In this document: one piece after another, positions 9,522 through 21,858 of the stretch
Position numbering within the stretch: position 1 is the first letter of the stretch
Layout of the letters: each line of letters begins with the position of its first letter
Origin: Laetmonice hystrix
Taxonomy: Eukaryota
Reading direction: 5' to 3'
Assembly (NCBI GenBank): GCA_965235115.1
Contig: OZ249444.1
Coordinates: 2,046,001 to 2,110,000 of the forward strand
Length of the DNA: 64,000 bases
Notes under the pieces: model-generated
The model's database searches: none
Told to the model about the DNA's origin: nothing
What the model saw: only the letters and a program-made list of their open reading frames with translations
Program-made: the position numbers and the translations under genes

Positions 9522-11865
9522 GGGAGGAGTTTCTTCCATTTGTGTCAGAGGGATTTGTTTCTCTGAGTGAGAATTCGTCCTCTGTACCCATTAGGATTCT
9601 TCGAGACACTGGAGCATCTCAGTCACTTTTGTTAGAGGACGCGTTGGCCTTATGTGATGAGTCGGCTACTGGTGATTTCCTACTTGTTCAGGGTATTGAA
9701 GGGAGAACGGTTACTGTACCTCTGCACTCTGTGTATTTAAAGTCGGACTTAGTTACAGGACAGGTGAGGGTAGGAACTAGATCAAGTCTTCCGATTAAGG
9801 GTGTTTCTTTGTTGCTGGGAAACGACCTGGCTGGTGGAAAAGTTGTCCCCTCGATCCAGATGACGTCTCAGCCGAGCACTGAGGAAGTTAGTGAGGATCC
9901 CACTTTGTTTCCTTCGTGTGCAGTGACTCGGGCTATGGCCAAAAGGGCTAAGGAAGAGGAGGATTATGTGCAGTCTAGCACTTGTCAACGTCATGATGCA
10001 GGGAAAACTGGTTGTGACTCGTTAGGGTCTAAGGAGACTTCTACCTTTGATGATCTTGCAGACACGTTTTTTGGTTCTGTTTTCGAGCAGGATTCTGGTG
10101 ATAGGTCTGGTGATCTTGTAGTGTCTGATGATTTGCCGTTGTCCAGGGATCAGCTGATTAAGGAACAGATTGGTGATCCTGAAGTTGGTGAATTGAGGGA
10201 CAAGGCTCTCCCCAAGGAGGAGATTGAGAAAGTGCCGGTTGGTTACTATCTTGAAAATGGAGTGTTGATGAGGAAATGGCGACCCCCTGATAGTCCGGCT
10301 AACGAAGAGTGGGCAGTTGTTCGTCAAGTTGTAGTTCCTAGCGTTTATAGGAAGGATATATTGGCCATGGCACATAGTTTGCCATTAGGAGGTCATCTTG
10401 GTGTTAACAAGACAGTTATAACAAGATCTCAAAGCAGTTCTTCTGGCCAGGGTTGAGGAAGGATGTGTCCACCTTTTGTCGTACTTGTCATACTTGTCAG
10501 GTTGTTGGTAAACACACGTCAGATCCTCCTGTGGCTCCATTACAACCCATTCCAGCTCTGGGAGAACCATTTTCCAGGGTGATCATAGACTGTGTAGGTC
10601 CGTTGCCCAAGACTAGGTCTGGGAATCAATATTTGCTGACGATAATGTGTGCGGCTACAAGGTTTCCTGAGGCAGTCCCTCTGAAGACTATGATGAGAGC
10701 GTATTGTGAAGACAACGAGAAGGACTGGGATGAAGGTGTTCATCTGTTGTTGTTCGCTGCCAGGGAGGCAGTTCAGGAGTCCACTGGTTTTAGTCCTTTT
10801 GAGTAGGTGTTTGGCCATGAGGTTCGAGGCCCATTGGCTTTGTTGAGTGCTCAGTGGCAGGATTCAGAAACACATGTCAGTCTGTTGGATTACGTGGTGA
10901 AGTTTAAGGAAAGGGTGCATAAGGCATGTTCAATGGCTAAGGATAATTTGGAGTCTAGTCAAAGAAAGATGAAAACTTGGTATGATAGAAAGGCTAGATC
11001 TAGAGTGTTCCAGCCAGGACAGAAAGTGTTGGTGTTGTTCCCCCTTCAATCCAACCCGTTGCAGGCTAGGTTTCATGGGCCGTACGAAATCCACTCGAAG
11101 GTGAATAACCTCAATTACGTTGTCAAGACCCCAGATAGGAGAAAACCTACACAACTTTGCCATGTCAACATGTTAAAGCCCTATCATGACAGGTCTGTGA
11201 GTGTTGTAACCGTTGTTGAGGATGGTGTTGAGAGTTCAGAGGACAGTGTTGTATGTCAGGAGGAGGAACCAAAGGTCAAGCCTGATATTCTTCCTTGTAA
11301 GCTGTCCAATTCAGAGGTTTTGCAACACTTTGATGTGAAAGTTGCCCATTTAGAGCCTGAGAAACAAGACCAAATAAAAGAGTTGGTATTTAGGTATCAA
11401 GGTCTGTTTCCTGATGTTCCAAAGAGGACATCAGTGACTGTTCATGATGTTGATGTTGGTGATGCCACACCCATTAAACAACATCCCTATCGGATGAACC
11501 CAGAAAAATGTAAGATTGCTGAAAGTGAGGTCAAATATATGTTGGAGCATGACATTATTCAACCATCCCACTCAAATTGGAGTCCACCCTGTGTATTGGT
11601 TCCTAAGCCTGATGGTATTACAAGGTTTTGTACAGATTATAGAAAGGTGAATGCAGTCAGTAAGACTGATGTATTTCCTATGCCTAGAGTGGATGATTGC
11701 ATCAACAAAGTGGATAAACCAAGGTACCTCACAAAGATTGATTGTAAGATGAAGAATAAGAATAGAAGATTGCTAAACTGGAGATTAAGCACATCAAAGG
11801 TAAAGATAATGTCATTGCCGATTGTTTATCTCGATGTTAAGCTATATGCCAAGTTGGTTGTGTAA
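9522..11865 (+). pseudogene. Gypsy B pol: protease, integrase, then truncated RT fused to the RNase H tail
   Basis: ILRDTGASQSLL; HSLPLGGH...CRTC; IIDCVGPLP; FHGPY; PIKQHPYR...RFCTDYRKVN. Contains frameshifts, an in-frame TAG at 10804-10806 and large deletions. Confidence 0.92.
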
Positions 11866-11955
11866 TATTTGCCACATGTGTGTTATAACTGTGTAAAGAT
11901 TACATGGTATATAAAAATTTTTACAGGTAAAAATTTTTCTTTCCTAGAAGGGAGG

Positions 11956-12820
11956 TGTGATGTGTATGAGGTAGAATTCCTCAGTCTAGGTTAATTCTAA
12001 TCCGCCAGGTGGCGTTGTGGTCTGATGGTAGTTAAATGTGACGCCAGAGGGAGCTTGAGTGGGAGGTTCTGGGTTTTCTCAGTGAGACCAGAAAGTTCCC
12101 GTAATAGTTGGAAATTAGAAAGTTCTCAAACAACTAGAATTATCCAGTGACAGTCGAACATTCTACAACGAGAAGGTTCCTGAACTGAATGTATATAAGC
12201 TGGTAGAACTGATGATGCGGGGAGACTTGCGTTGAGATCTAACAGAGAGTGTAGTTTAGTGACTACGTTGGAACAAGACCTGATTGACGATTGTGAGACT
12301 GTATTATCGCTCAGTGTGGGATTACGAAAGCTGTCATATTTGGGCGTTGAGCTAATACGTGGACAGTAGACTATAGCCTAGGGCTACGGGTCTTCAATTC
12401 GTGTGCTACTGAAGTTGGCGACTTCAATAGGAAGATTTATCCACGGATTCCTGGAGTACGTATCTGAACTTGTGCTGGGGACATTGTGCTTGTGAAAACC
12501 ACGGAGAAAAACCACTGGAACTTTATGTGAACTTTGGATTTACGTGTGGACATTGGGCTTGTGAAATCCACGGAGGAAATCAACTAGAACTTTATTCGAA
12601 CTCTGATTTGGATTTACGTATGGACTGAGAACGTTCTGGAATTGCAGACGGGACAATAGAACACAATAGATTGTAGGAACATTCCAGAAGGTAAAACACT
12701 GAGTTTTATGATTGTGAATCAGACCTTATTTTGTCATCATCGTGTAACTGTGAGGATTCATTAAATTGTTTAAAATTAAATTATGGGTGTTTGTCATCTA
12801 CTGCCGTTGGCCACGTAACA
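11956..12820 (+). repeat. Gypsy B 3' LTR
   Basis: Direct repeat of 7105-7969. Confidence 0.96.
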
Positions 12821-12824
12821 GAAG

Positions 12825-13520
12825 GAACTGTTTGGATTGCTCGGAGTTCCAGAAGTTCTGTATACTGACAATGGACCACAATTTGATTCATACACCTTTA
12901 AGGAGTTTGCTGATCAGTGGGCCTTTTGCCATGTAACCTCATCACCTCGTTACCCACAGTCAAATGGCTTTGCAGAGTGTATGGTACAGACAGCTAAGAA
13001 AACCATGGTGAAAGCCAAGAAGGACAATACTGACCCAGATCTGGCGCTTCTCTGTCTACGCACGACACCAGTGAGTGATGTGATCAAATCCCCCATGGAG
13101 ATGCTGATGGGTAGGAAGGCCAAATCCAATCTTCCAGTCTGTATCAGAAACCCTCTACCAGACAGTGACAACATAAATGCTGCTTTGGAGGCCCGCCAGA
13201 AACAACAGAAAAATCAGTATGACTGCCGTACTGGTCCAGAGTTACCACAGCTGTATCTAGGTCAACGAGTCCGTGTACAGGACCAATCTGATGGTAGTTG
13301 CTTCCCGGCCAAGGTGGTGGAGAAATGTCCGGAGCCACGGTCATATATCGTTGAAACACCAAATGGAGGAAGAGTGAGGAGAAATCGTAGACATATTACT
13401 GAATGTCCCCAAGTCAGACCTGCATTGGTGTTACCTGGGCCTGCAAATGCAGATGTTTCAGGGAGTAAGGAGGTCCGCTTTCAGGATGATGGACAGAACT
13501 TATTAGCAACCATGTCATAA
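12825..13520 (+). pseudogene. Gypsy A integrase, part 2 (core D...E region and C-terminus)
   Basis: GVPEVLYTDNGPQF...SSPRYPQSNGFAE; in frame with 7104 after removing B. Confidence 0.93.
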
Positions 13521-13863
13521 GTTACCAGAAGTCACAGAGGAATACGTAAGGCGCGATGGATTTAGCCGCTATGGTCGACCATTTAAAAAAACTCAAAGGC
13601 TCGACTTGTGAGCTATTAGTCAACTTAGCCAAGTATGAACATTCGTATGTTCAGTGCAGATGAACAATTTTGCCCTTACTATATCGTATAGTTTTGCAAG
13701 AGTACTTTCATGCATACCCGTAAGGTTATAACATAGACTAGCTACGAACACTATAACAAGGAACGTTTTAGTAGCAAACACTTAATGACACTATTAACAG
13801 ATTTTCAAGAGTCCTATTTTGACTTAAAGTGACACTCCGTTTTCTAAAGCTAAACAGGGGGGA

Positions 13864-14013
13864 TGTAATGGAATGCTCCCTTATTCAAGTTATTGTTTAG
13901 TTTAATGACTGATCCCTACAAGCCTTGTGTGATGACGTCACACCAACGAGCCAATAGGAGAACGTTAATAAAGGCGGTCAGAGTCGCCAGTGAAAAGCCT
14001 ATAGATGTTTACA
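13864..14013 (+). repeat. Gypsy A 3' LTR
   Basis: Direct repeat of 3000-3149. Confidence 0.96.
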
Positions 14014-14832
14014 CTCATAGGTCGCGACAATTTTGAACTGTTCAAAACAATCGGCATTGGTCGGGAAAAAGCTCAGATCGGGGCTATATCGTAGGTCAAA
14101 CGTTGCTCAATCGGGAATATAGTCGGGGAACAATCGGGATTATCGTATAGGGCAATTGCCAGAAAATTAAGCCCCACTCCCACCAAAGCCGATTGTACTA
14201 CGTTCCATGCCGTTCTATCAAGATCTAAAATGTATTTTAAGTCGTGATGAATCGTGATGAAATAATGACAACCCGAAGACATAGCTACGAATTCTCACGT
14301 TCAACGGCGACTGGGCAACGGTTTTTCGAAGATCTCTCAACGATCACGCTGCGTGCTATCATGTTCTATCTCGACATCCCCCGACCTTCCCGACCGCGAA
14401 ACAACTTTTAGCAACGTTCTCTGCCGACCTATGCAGATTGAGCTACGTCCTATAAAGAACCCGACCCGATGTTTGACCAACGATGTAGCAACGTTCTATG
14501 CCGTCTGAGCCCCAGCCGAGCTACGACCTGTCCCGATGACGTCAGAGCTAGATCTAGGAAATGTCTGGCGATTGTCCTACGATCAACCAGGACTAAACAA
14601 CGAACTATCCCGATTGTCCCCCGACTGAGCAACGTTTGCCCTACGGTATATTCCCGATTTGAGCTTTTTCCCGACCAATGCCGATTGTTTTGAACAGTTT
14701 AAAATTGTCAGGGTGCAATCGTGGCCTATCCCGACCTATGAGGATCTATCAAGACTACTGTACGACCGAGTTAGGACCTTTACCGATTCTACACGATTTA
14801 TCAGATCGTGACACGTCGTAGCTAACTCGGCT

Positions 14833-16250
14833 AACAGTACTACCAAGTTTGAAGACGAGTTTCGGAAGCTCATGTCACACCAGTTCAGAATTCTTCATCA
14901 ATTCGGTGAGATCAGGATGATGAAGACAAAATTGACAGAGGGAGAATGTATACTACAAATAGATTATTCCGACAATTATGCATGTAAGGCAGCAGTTGAA
15001 GTGCAGGCGATGCACTTCGGTGCAAGCAGGTCCCAGATCACCCTTCATACTTGCCATGTTACATTCTCTGACCTAACTACAACGTGCTATTGTACTGTAA
15101 GCAGTGATAACAGACACTGTGCGGAAGCAGCGTGGGCCCACCTCGAGCCCGTTCTAGATGACCTGTTATCAAGAAAGATTAAGGTGATCCATTTCATTTC
15201 TGATGGGCCCACAGCTCAGTATAAAAACAAGAGTTTTTTACCTCCTCCCTACATTGCCGTTCAGCAGATGGGACTTTGAACGAGTCACTCACAATTTTTT
15301 GGAAGCATCTCATGGCAAGGGCCCTGCAGATGGAATAGGTGCAGCAATGAAAAATGAAGCTGATAGGTTGGTAACATACGGTAAAGATATTCTTGGAGCA
15401 GATCAGCTGCTTGCAAACTTAGAGCTAGGGAAAGATCAATGTTCAGCTGCATGAAGTTACGAGTGAGCAAATAAATGAAGTTGTCTCTTTGCTGGATGAG
15501 TGTCCAATGAGTACAGTTAAAGGAACAATGAAAATACATCAGATGATGACAGGGAAAGCTTTGGTTGGTAAGGTGTACCATAGGGAACTGTCTTGCTTTT
15601 GGAGTGAAAACACTGAAGCCACATTCTGTGCATATTATGAGAAATCAGAATTCTTTGTTCCCCCACTGGAGAAAAAGGTGACGATGTTGCCGTCTGCAAA
15701 ATTAGAGTCCAGGTTCAGTGTTGAGCTGGTTTCTAAATTCAGCAAAAGGCTCACTGAGGGTTACGATGTTACCCATGATAATCTAGAGGCATTAGGTGAA
15801 CAAGAGCGAGAAGAATATTTGCTGTGGAAAGCATTGAGGGCTGCCAAATTTTAGGAACAAAGTAAAGTGAAACCAACTTTAAATGAGTGTGACATGGACT
15901 TAGATACGGTGACTGTCCATTCCACATCAGAGAATTCCTATTCTCATCTTGTGGTGGGGGCTTACTATGCTGTCCTGTTTTATGTAAGGGGATCTAAAAA
16001 AGGTCGTTACTACATCGGCCGTGCCCTTAACTGTCAAGGACCTGTCGCTGAGTTCAAATTTCTTGAGAGGTTATGTGGGTCAGTTCCTGGCACATTTGTG
16101 TGGGCCAAGCGTGATGAAGTGGAGCGCGTGGATGCTGACCACATCATATGCAAAGTAGAGATAACTGGTGTACCTCCTTTTGTTTTAACAACCTCTCAAG
16201 AGAATAATATTGAAAAAGTGGTCAGGACGTTTAAGCTCAAAACAACTTAA
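14833..16250 (+). pseudogene. DDD-type DNA transposase remnant, Sola2-like, 5'-truncated
   Basis: Motifs QIDYSDNY...QAMHF...QITLH, ISDGPTAQYKNK and EASHGKGPADGIG across frameshifted ORFs 14872-15454, plus a C-terminal VGAYYAV...YYIG...FKFL...FVW domain at 15867-16250. The transposase call is strong; the Sola2 label is from motif recall. A possible right end is ...GAGCGAGCCCTC at about 17881. Confidence 0.65.
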
Positions 16251-18375
16251 AACAAAGGTAGATAGGTTCAGATTAAGATGTTAAAATCTTGAGGTTCACT
16301 TGTTTAGATTTTGTAACTGTTAAAACGTTAAAATCAAGTCAAACATGTAATGCCAGTGCTTTACCAGCATCAAAAGCAAGTAAACTTGCAAGTAAACCAG
16401 TCAGGTCAGAAAGGTGAAATAAAAAAAAAACAATTGACATTTGGTTATGTACTGGGTAATGAGGTCAGGCAAAAATTACTTGACAGTGGAAAGAAACACA
16501 AAGAGTCACAAGTTATGCACAGGATGTTGACAGATAAATTACTAAAGAAATACAGCATGATCTAATGTTAAAATGTTGAGGTTCAATTGTTTAGTGGTTG
16601 TAACAGTTTCTTGAAAAAGGTATATTTGTGTTGTTCATCAGTCATGTGAAAAGATCTGAGCCGGTGAAGAAAGAGAATCTGATGTAATGTCCGTTGGCCT
16701 TCTTGCACTGCTTATATTTTCTAACTTGTAATGTAAAGTCCAATTCGTATGATTATTAATTGATTGGATGTGTGTGGCGGTAGACATATGAACACAAAGT
16801 TGAAGATGCTTTGGTTGGTGATATGCCCCTTCCAAAATAGGCCAGTGTTTGGTGGCCTCCCACTTTCTAATCTGATGGCGCCTCATGGAAGGTTGAGGGC
16901 AGCTGGGCGGGATGAAGTTGAAAAATTTGTGGTTTATAAAATTAAATACATGTATGTAGATCCTTAATTATGCCCTCCAAAGGTGAGGTGATTAGCATAT
17001 AATTTTACCACTATTTTATGAAGAATTATACCAATTTCTGAGTGTCAATTTCAGTTTTATTAGACTGTCAGCCGAAGTTTTGCAGAATTGATTTAGTCCT
17101 ATTTTTTGGAAAAATATTATTTATTAATCCCTTTTTGTGTTGTTATGTTAGCTGATGTTTGTCAGTATCACTCTAGTCCTAATTTTATTCAAATAATATG
17201 ATATTATTATTCACCAAAGTTTATGTTACAAATACTTATAAATACTTGTATTTTTGTACAATTTAAGGTTGTGATGTTTAAATGTGTCTACTTGAGTTTT
17301 GCAAATAAATAACTACTCCATGTATACAATGTATTGTCATATGAATTCTGTTCTGTCTTTCCTGTTACCAAATATGTCTTCACCGTTACCTTGGTAACGG
17401 TAAAGACTTGCACTCAAAATCTTGAGGTCACCTTCCTCTAAAACTATAAGTAATTAAGCGTTGCTAGTCTCACCCAGTAATGATTTCTTCATTTTCTTCC
17501 TAAATTGCCATTTTGGTTTAAAAGCAAGCTAAAAATATTTTTTCCATGTCTTTACCGTGACTTGGTATATTTTCCTGAAAATGGCCCATATGTATCCCGC
17601 CGTATCCTGTTTTCGTCGTTCTCCTGATTTCGTCGGTCACGTGACTTTTGAAGACGCGAGCGTTTCGAGAGTGTAAACAATACCAATTTGACAGCTCCAT
17701 ACCTGCTTGTTGCTCCTGGAATATTTTTTTTCGAAATGGATATAGATTCTCTACGCAAAGTAAGATTTATTTTTTTTCATACCGTCGGAAGGTTATTTCC
17801 ACCTATCTTGCTTATTACTTTTGACCAGTTGCCTAAAATGAGCTTAAAAAATAATTATTGACACATTAGGAGCGAGCCCTCCCGTCATCTGCTACCTCCA
17901 TTCTCTGTCTAACATACGCATGATCCGTTTCCGCGGAAAAAAATCTATGGAAGCCACCGTACCAGTTATTAACGACCGCCGACGAAAACAGGTGACGTAG
18001 TACACACGAAACAGTGAGTAAGCGACCGCCAAGGTTGTTGACATTTATGACCGCTGTATTTACTCAAGTGTATCGATCTTTTATACGGTTATGTCAGTTT
18101 TGATGCTGATTATACCAGGTATAATCAGCATATATCAGCAGATATGTTGGCCTTGTGAATAATTTACTATTGTCCCCCAATGGTGCAAGTTGTTCTTACG
18201 TCGACGAAAACCGGTCACGCCGGGATATACGCCTTATAAAATTCCAGATCCCAGCCCCAGCCAGATCCCAGCCCCAGCTGGCCATTCTCCTTTATTTATT
18301 TATTTTTTTATTTTATTTAAAAACAAAAAACAAAAAAACCCTGTAGTTTGACCCTGTGGTTTCTTAGTACATGTA

Positions 18376-19658
18376 TTAAGTGGAGGTACCGGCCTTAGAT
18401 TGCCATCCTCCTTATTGGCCCAAGTGGTCTGACCCAAGTGGTCGTTTACTATTATTGGAGGTACCGGCCTTGGATTGCCATCCTCCTTATTGGCCCAAGT
18501 GGTCTGACCCAAGTGGTCGTTTACTATTATTGGAGGTACCGGCCTTAGATTGCCATCCTCCTTATTGGCCCAAGTGGTCTGACCCAAGTGGTCGTTTACT
18601 ATTATTGGAGGTACCGGCCTTAGATTGCCATCCTCCTTATTGGCCCAAGTGGTCTGACCCAAGTGGTCGTTTACTATTAAGTGGAGGTACCGGCCTTAGA
18701 TTGCCATCCTCCTTATTGGCCCAAGTGGTCTGACCCAAGTGGTCGTTTACTATTAAGTGGAGGTACCGGCCTTAGATTGCCATCCTCCTTATTGGCCCAA
18801 GTGGTCTGACTCAAGTGGTTGTTTACTATTACAGGTACCGGCCTTAGATTGCCATCCTCCTTATTGGCCCAAGTGGTCTGACCCAAGTGGTCGTTTACTA
18901 TTAAGTGGAGGTACCGGCCTTAGATTGCCATCCTCCTTATTGGCCCAAGTGGTCTGACCCAAGTGGTCGTTTACTATTAAGTGGAGGTACCGGCCTTAGA
19001 TTGCCATCCTCCTTAGTGGCCCAAGGGATCTGACTCAAGTGATTGTTTGCTATTACAGGTACCGGCCTTAGATTCCCATCCTCCTTATTCATTGGCTTTG
19101 CCATCCTCCTTATTGGCACAAGTGGTCTAACCATGTGGTCGTTTACTATTATTGGAGGTACCGGCCTTAGATTGCCATCCTCCTTATTGTCCCAAGTGGT
19201 CTGACCCAAGTGGTCGTTTACTATTAAGTGGAGGTACCGGCCTTAGATTGCCATCCTCCTTAGTGGCCCAAGGGGTCTGACTCAAGTGATTGTTTGCTAT
19301 TACAGGTACCGGCCTTAGATTCCCATCCTCCTTATTCATTGGCTTTGCCATCCTCCTTATTGGCACAAGTGGTCTAACCATGTGGTCGTTTACTATTATT
19401 GGAGGTACCGGCCTTAGATTGCCATCCTCCTTATTGTCCCAAGTGGTCTGACCCAAGTGGTCGTTTACTATTAAGTGGAGGTACCGGCCTTAGATTGCCA
19501 TCCTCCTTATTGTCCCAAGTGGTCTGACCCAAGTGGTCGTTTACTATTAAGTGGAGGTACCGGCCTTAGATTGCCATCCTCCTTATTGTCCCAAGTGGCC
19601 TGACCCAAGTGGTCGTTTACTATTAAGTGGAGGTACCGGCCTTAGCTTGCCATCCCCT
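18376..19658. repeat. Tandem satellite, 72-76 bp unit (GGAGGTACCGGCCTTAGATTGCCATCCTCC...), 17 copies, with a 247-bp higher-order repeat
   Basis: 17 GGTACCGGCC cores counted. 18937-19209 is duplicated at 19184-19456. Degenerate relatives extend to about 20250. Confidence 0.97.
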
Positions 19659-20308
19659 TTAGTAAGTTTGTTTTATATTACAGGTGGCTAGATTCCATCT
19701 TTCCTGTTGGGTATTAATCGTTTATTTATTTCCAGCACCTCATCTGAGTCTAGCGCCTGTTCTTAGGGCCTTCGCCCTAGCTGTCCTTTCCCACTTCTCT
19801 GAACCAGTCTGTTCAGGAATCCTTAATCCTGTAGTATTAAGTGCAAGTAACGTCTGCTTCATATTACAGGTGTCTAGTTCCAATTGCTCTGATTCCAACT
19901 CTGTTGTTGGATATTAATCGTATATTTCTTGCCAGTACCTCATCTCTGAGTCCAGCGCCTGTTTGTTTTTTGTTCTAGTTACCTTCACCCTAGCTTCTCT
20001 AAGCCGCTTCTCTGAACCTGTCCGCTCAGGAGTTTTTAATGGTACATATTTGTGCCTAATATAGAATACGTTGTGGATAGAGTGCTACGTTTGCCTGAGG
20101 CAAACACGTCGCCTCATATGTGGTCACAGCAGGTTCTTAGGTTCGGCTGACGTTGGAGGTACCGGCCCCGGAATGCCTTTCTCCTTTATTTGGCCCAGTT
20201 GGTCATAGCATTAGGTGGTTGTCCACCCGATTACTACCCTATTGGTTGGTTATTAATTGTTTATTTAGTTCTCTTTCCAGTCCTTCAAATTAGTCCAGCG
20301 CCAGTTTT

Positions 20309-20309
<1 letters not shown>

Positions 20310-20353
<44 letters not shown>
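20310..20353 (+). repeat. (TTG)n microsatellite
   Basis: Directly visible in the sequence. Confidence 0.98.
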
Positions 20354-21685
20354 ATACGTACATTTTAGGGAATGTCATGCTTGGACTTTGGTACTGAGTC
20401 CAACATTTGTTATTCGATTTAGTAATTTCTGATCAATGCACTTTATAACCAATAGCATTGGCTTGATAGGTTGATGAGTATAAAGTAGTAGGTATTAAAT
20501 ACAGTCAGATGGAAGTCGTGAATAGATCGACGGTTATTGAATTCAAATGTATCTAGCTAGCCCAGAAATCCCACCAGTTCTCTTAAAATATCAAACAGCA
20601 TCGATCAAACCGCGTTGATCAAACTGAAAGAGTAAGCTTATTGTTTTCTTTTGTTATTTGGGTTATATATCCCATGTGGTGGCGTATGGTTCGCCAAAGT
20701 TAGCGATGTTTTGTTCCTTGGCTGTTGGTTTCTTCCCTGGTTGTTTCAGCATTAACGTCATCAGGCTGAGTGAAAGCTTCTGCGGCTTCGCCGATGTCTT
20801 CATCTACTCGGAAGCGGTATTCTCAAGCAAGTCCTAGTCTCGGGTCAAGAAACTGGACGACGATCATTCCTTGGGGTGGTGGATATCACCTTTACGCTTT
20901 TCGAGGGTTTTACCTATGAGTAGGATTTATCCCTGGTTTTTGGTGCGAAAGGGTTTGCACGGCGCCTTACAGGTCAAGTTAATGAGATTTTGATGCCTAG
21001 GGGCACGGATGTGTTAATAACTAGGGAGGAAAAATGGAAAAGCTACTTGTCATACTTGTCACCCTGTTTGGGATGTTCACCAACTTTAGCAGTATCGTGA
21101 CATTAAATTCGTTAAAATTAAGATAAGTATCGCCTCACTATTGGCATACGTTATGGTACCGAATATTTCATCTTAATTCGGTTAACACATCCTAGGGGTA
21201 GACAGAGCTCTGTAAAATGCTCCCAGATGCTGAAAAGTGTAAAATGTCATTAGTGTACAAACAAAGATAAAAATCTCACCATTCTCAATCGTTCGAACGT
21301 TGAATTGTGATCGGGTAGATCACACCTTCCTGGCAGTCCCCAAACGAATGTCGTTCCAGAATGTAGGTGTCGGACAACAAGTGGGTCTTATGCGGCGTCT
21401 GAGATAGGGTTTGGCCGATGCTTAGTAATTAGTTTGTAACATGATACCCGCCACATCCATATGTAAAGGTAGGGGAGCTTTTGATCGTAACAGAGACCTC
21501 AAGGTAGACCTGTATATTATAAGGAGAAACGATCATATATACTTGAAATTCACGAGTTCCTGTCAACTTATTTGTTATCTCACTGGAGAATTAAGGGGCA
21601 TTTTGCTGCGGTTTGTATCAGTGCCAAGCATTATCTTTGGTGTCATGGGTTACCTTATTGTCATTTTGTGTAGGGCCACCATATA

Positions 21686-21858
21686 NNNNNNNNNNNNNNN
21701 NNNNNNNNNNNNNNNNNNNNNNNNNNNNNNNNNNNNNNNNNNNNNNNNNNNNNNNNNNNNNNNNNNNNNNNNNNNNNNNNNNNNNNNNNNNNNNNNNNNN
21801 NNNNNNNNNNNNNNNNNNNNNNNNNNNNNNNNNNNNNNNNNNNNNNNNNNNNNNNNNN
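21686..21858. other. Assembly gap (173 N)
   Basis: Run of N. Confidence 1.

Larger units (their letters stand above)
7105..12820 (+). mobile_element. Gmr1-type Gypsy retrotransposon B (PR-IN-RT order), internally deleted, inserted in the integrase of A
   Basis: 865-bp LTRs at 7105-7969 and 11956-12820 (about 14 mismatches); 4-bp TSD GAAG; PPT AGAAGGGAGG at 11946-11955. Host frame rejoins as YMK|ELFGLLGVPEVLYTDNGPQF. Confidence 0.96.
3000..14013 (+). mobile_element. Ty3/Gypsy LTR retrotransposon A (Mag-like, single gag-pol frame), decayed, hosting two insertions
   Basis: 150-bp TG...CA LTRs at 3000-3149 and 13864-14013 (2 mismatches); 5-bp TSD CTCAT at 2995-2999 and 14014-14018; PBS; PPT AGGGGGGA at 13856-13863; gag-PR-RT-RH-IN order. 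Confidence 0.96.
2887..14832. mobile_element. Foldback/MITE-like element with long inverted arms, split by Gypsy A
   Basis: 2905-2999 plus 14014-14082 is the reverse complement of about 14653-14832 (for example cgacgtgtcacgatctgataaatcgtgtagaatcgg vs ccgattctacacgatttatcagatcgtgacacgtcg). Confidence 0.8.

Noticed and set aside
3000-14013. Age paradox: host A LTRs (2/150) no more diverged than guest B LTRs (about 14/865)
   Set aside because: The difference is within sampling error for a 150-bp LTR.
18104-18130. Perfect 12-bp hairpin TGCTGATTATAC-CAG-GTATAATCAGCA
   Set aside because: Isolated, with no associated gene or element end that I can identify.
18300-19456. Repetitive ORFs (for example GQTTWANKEDGNLRP...) as proteins
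   Set aside because: They are by-products of a 75-bp (multiple of 3) satellite, open on both strands.
18376-19658. Regularly spaced repeats resembling a CRISPR array
   Set aside because: Units are contiguous and near-identical with no unique spacers, there are no cas genes, and the context is eukaryotic.
20190-20432. Poly-Leu ORF resembling a signal or transmembrane peptide
   Set aside because: It is a translation of the (TTG)n microsatellite.
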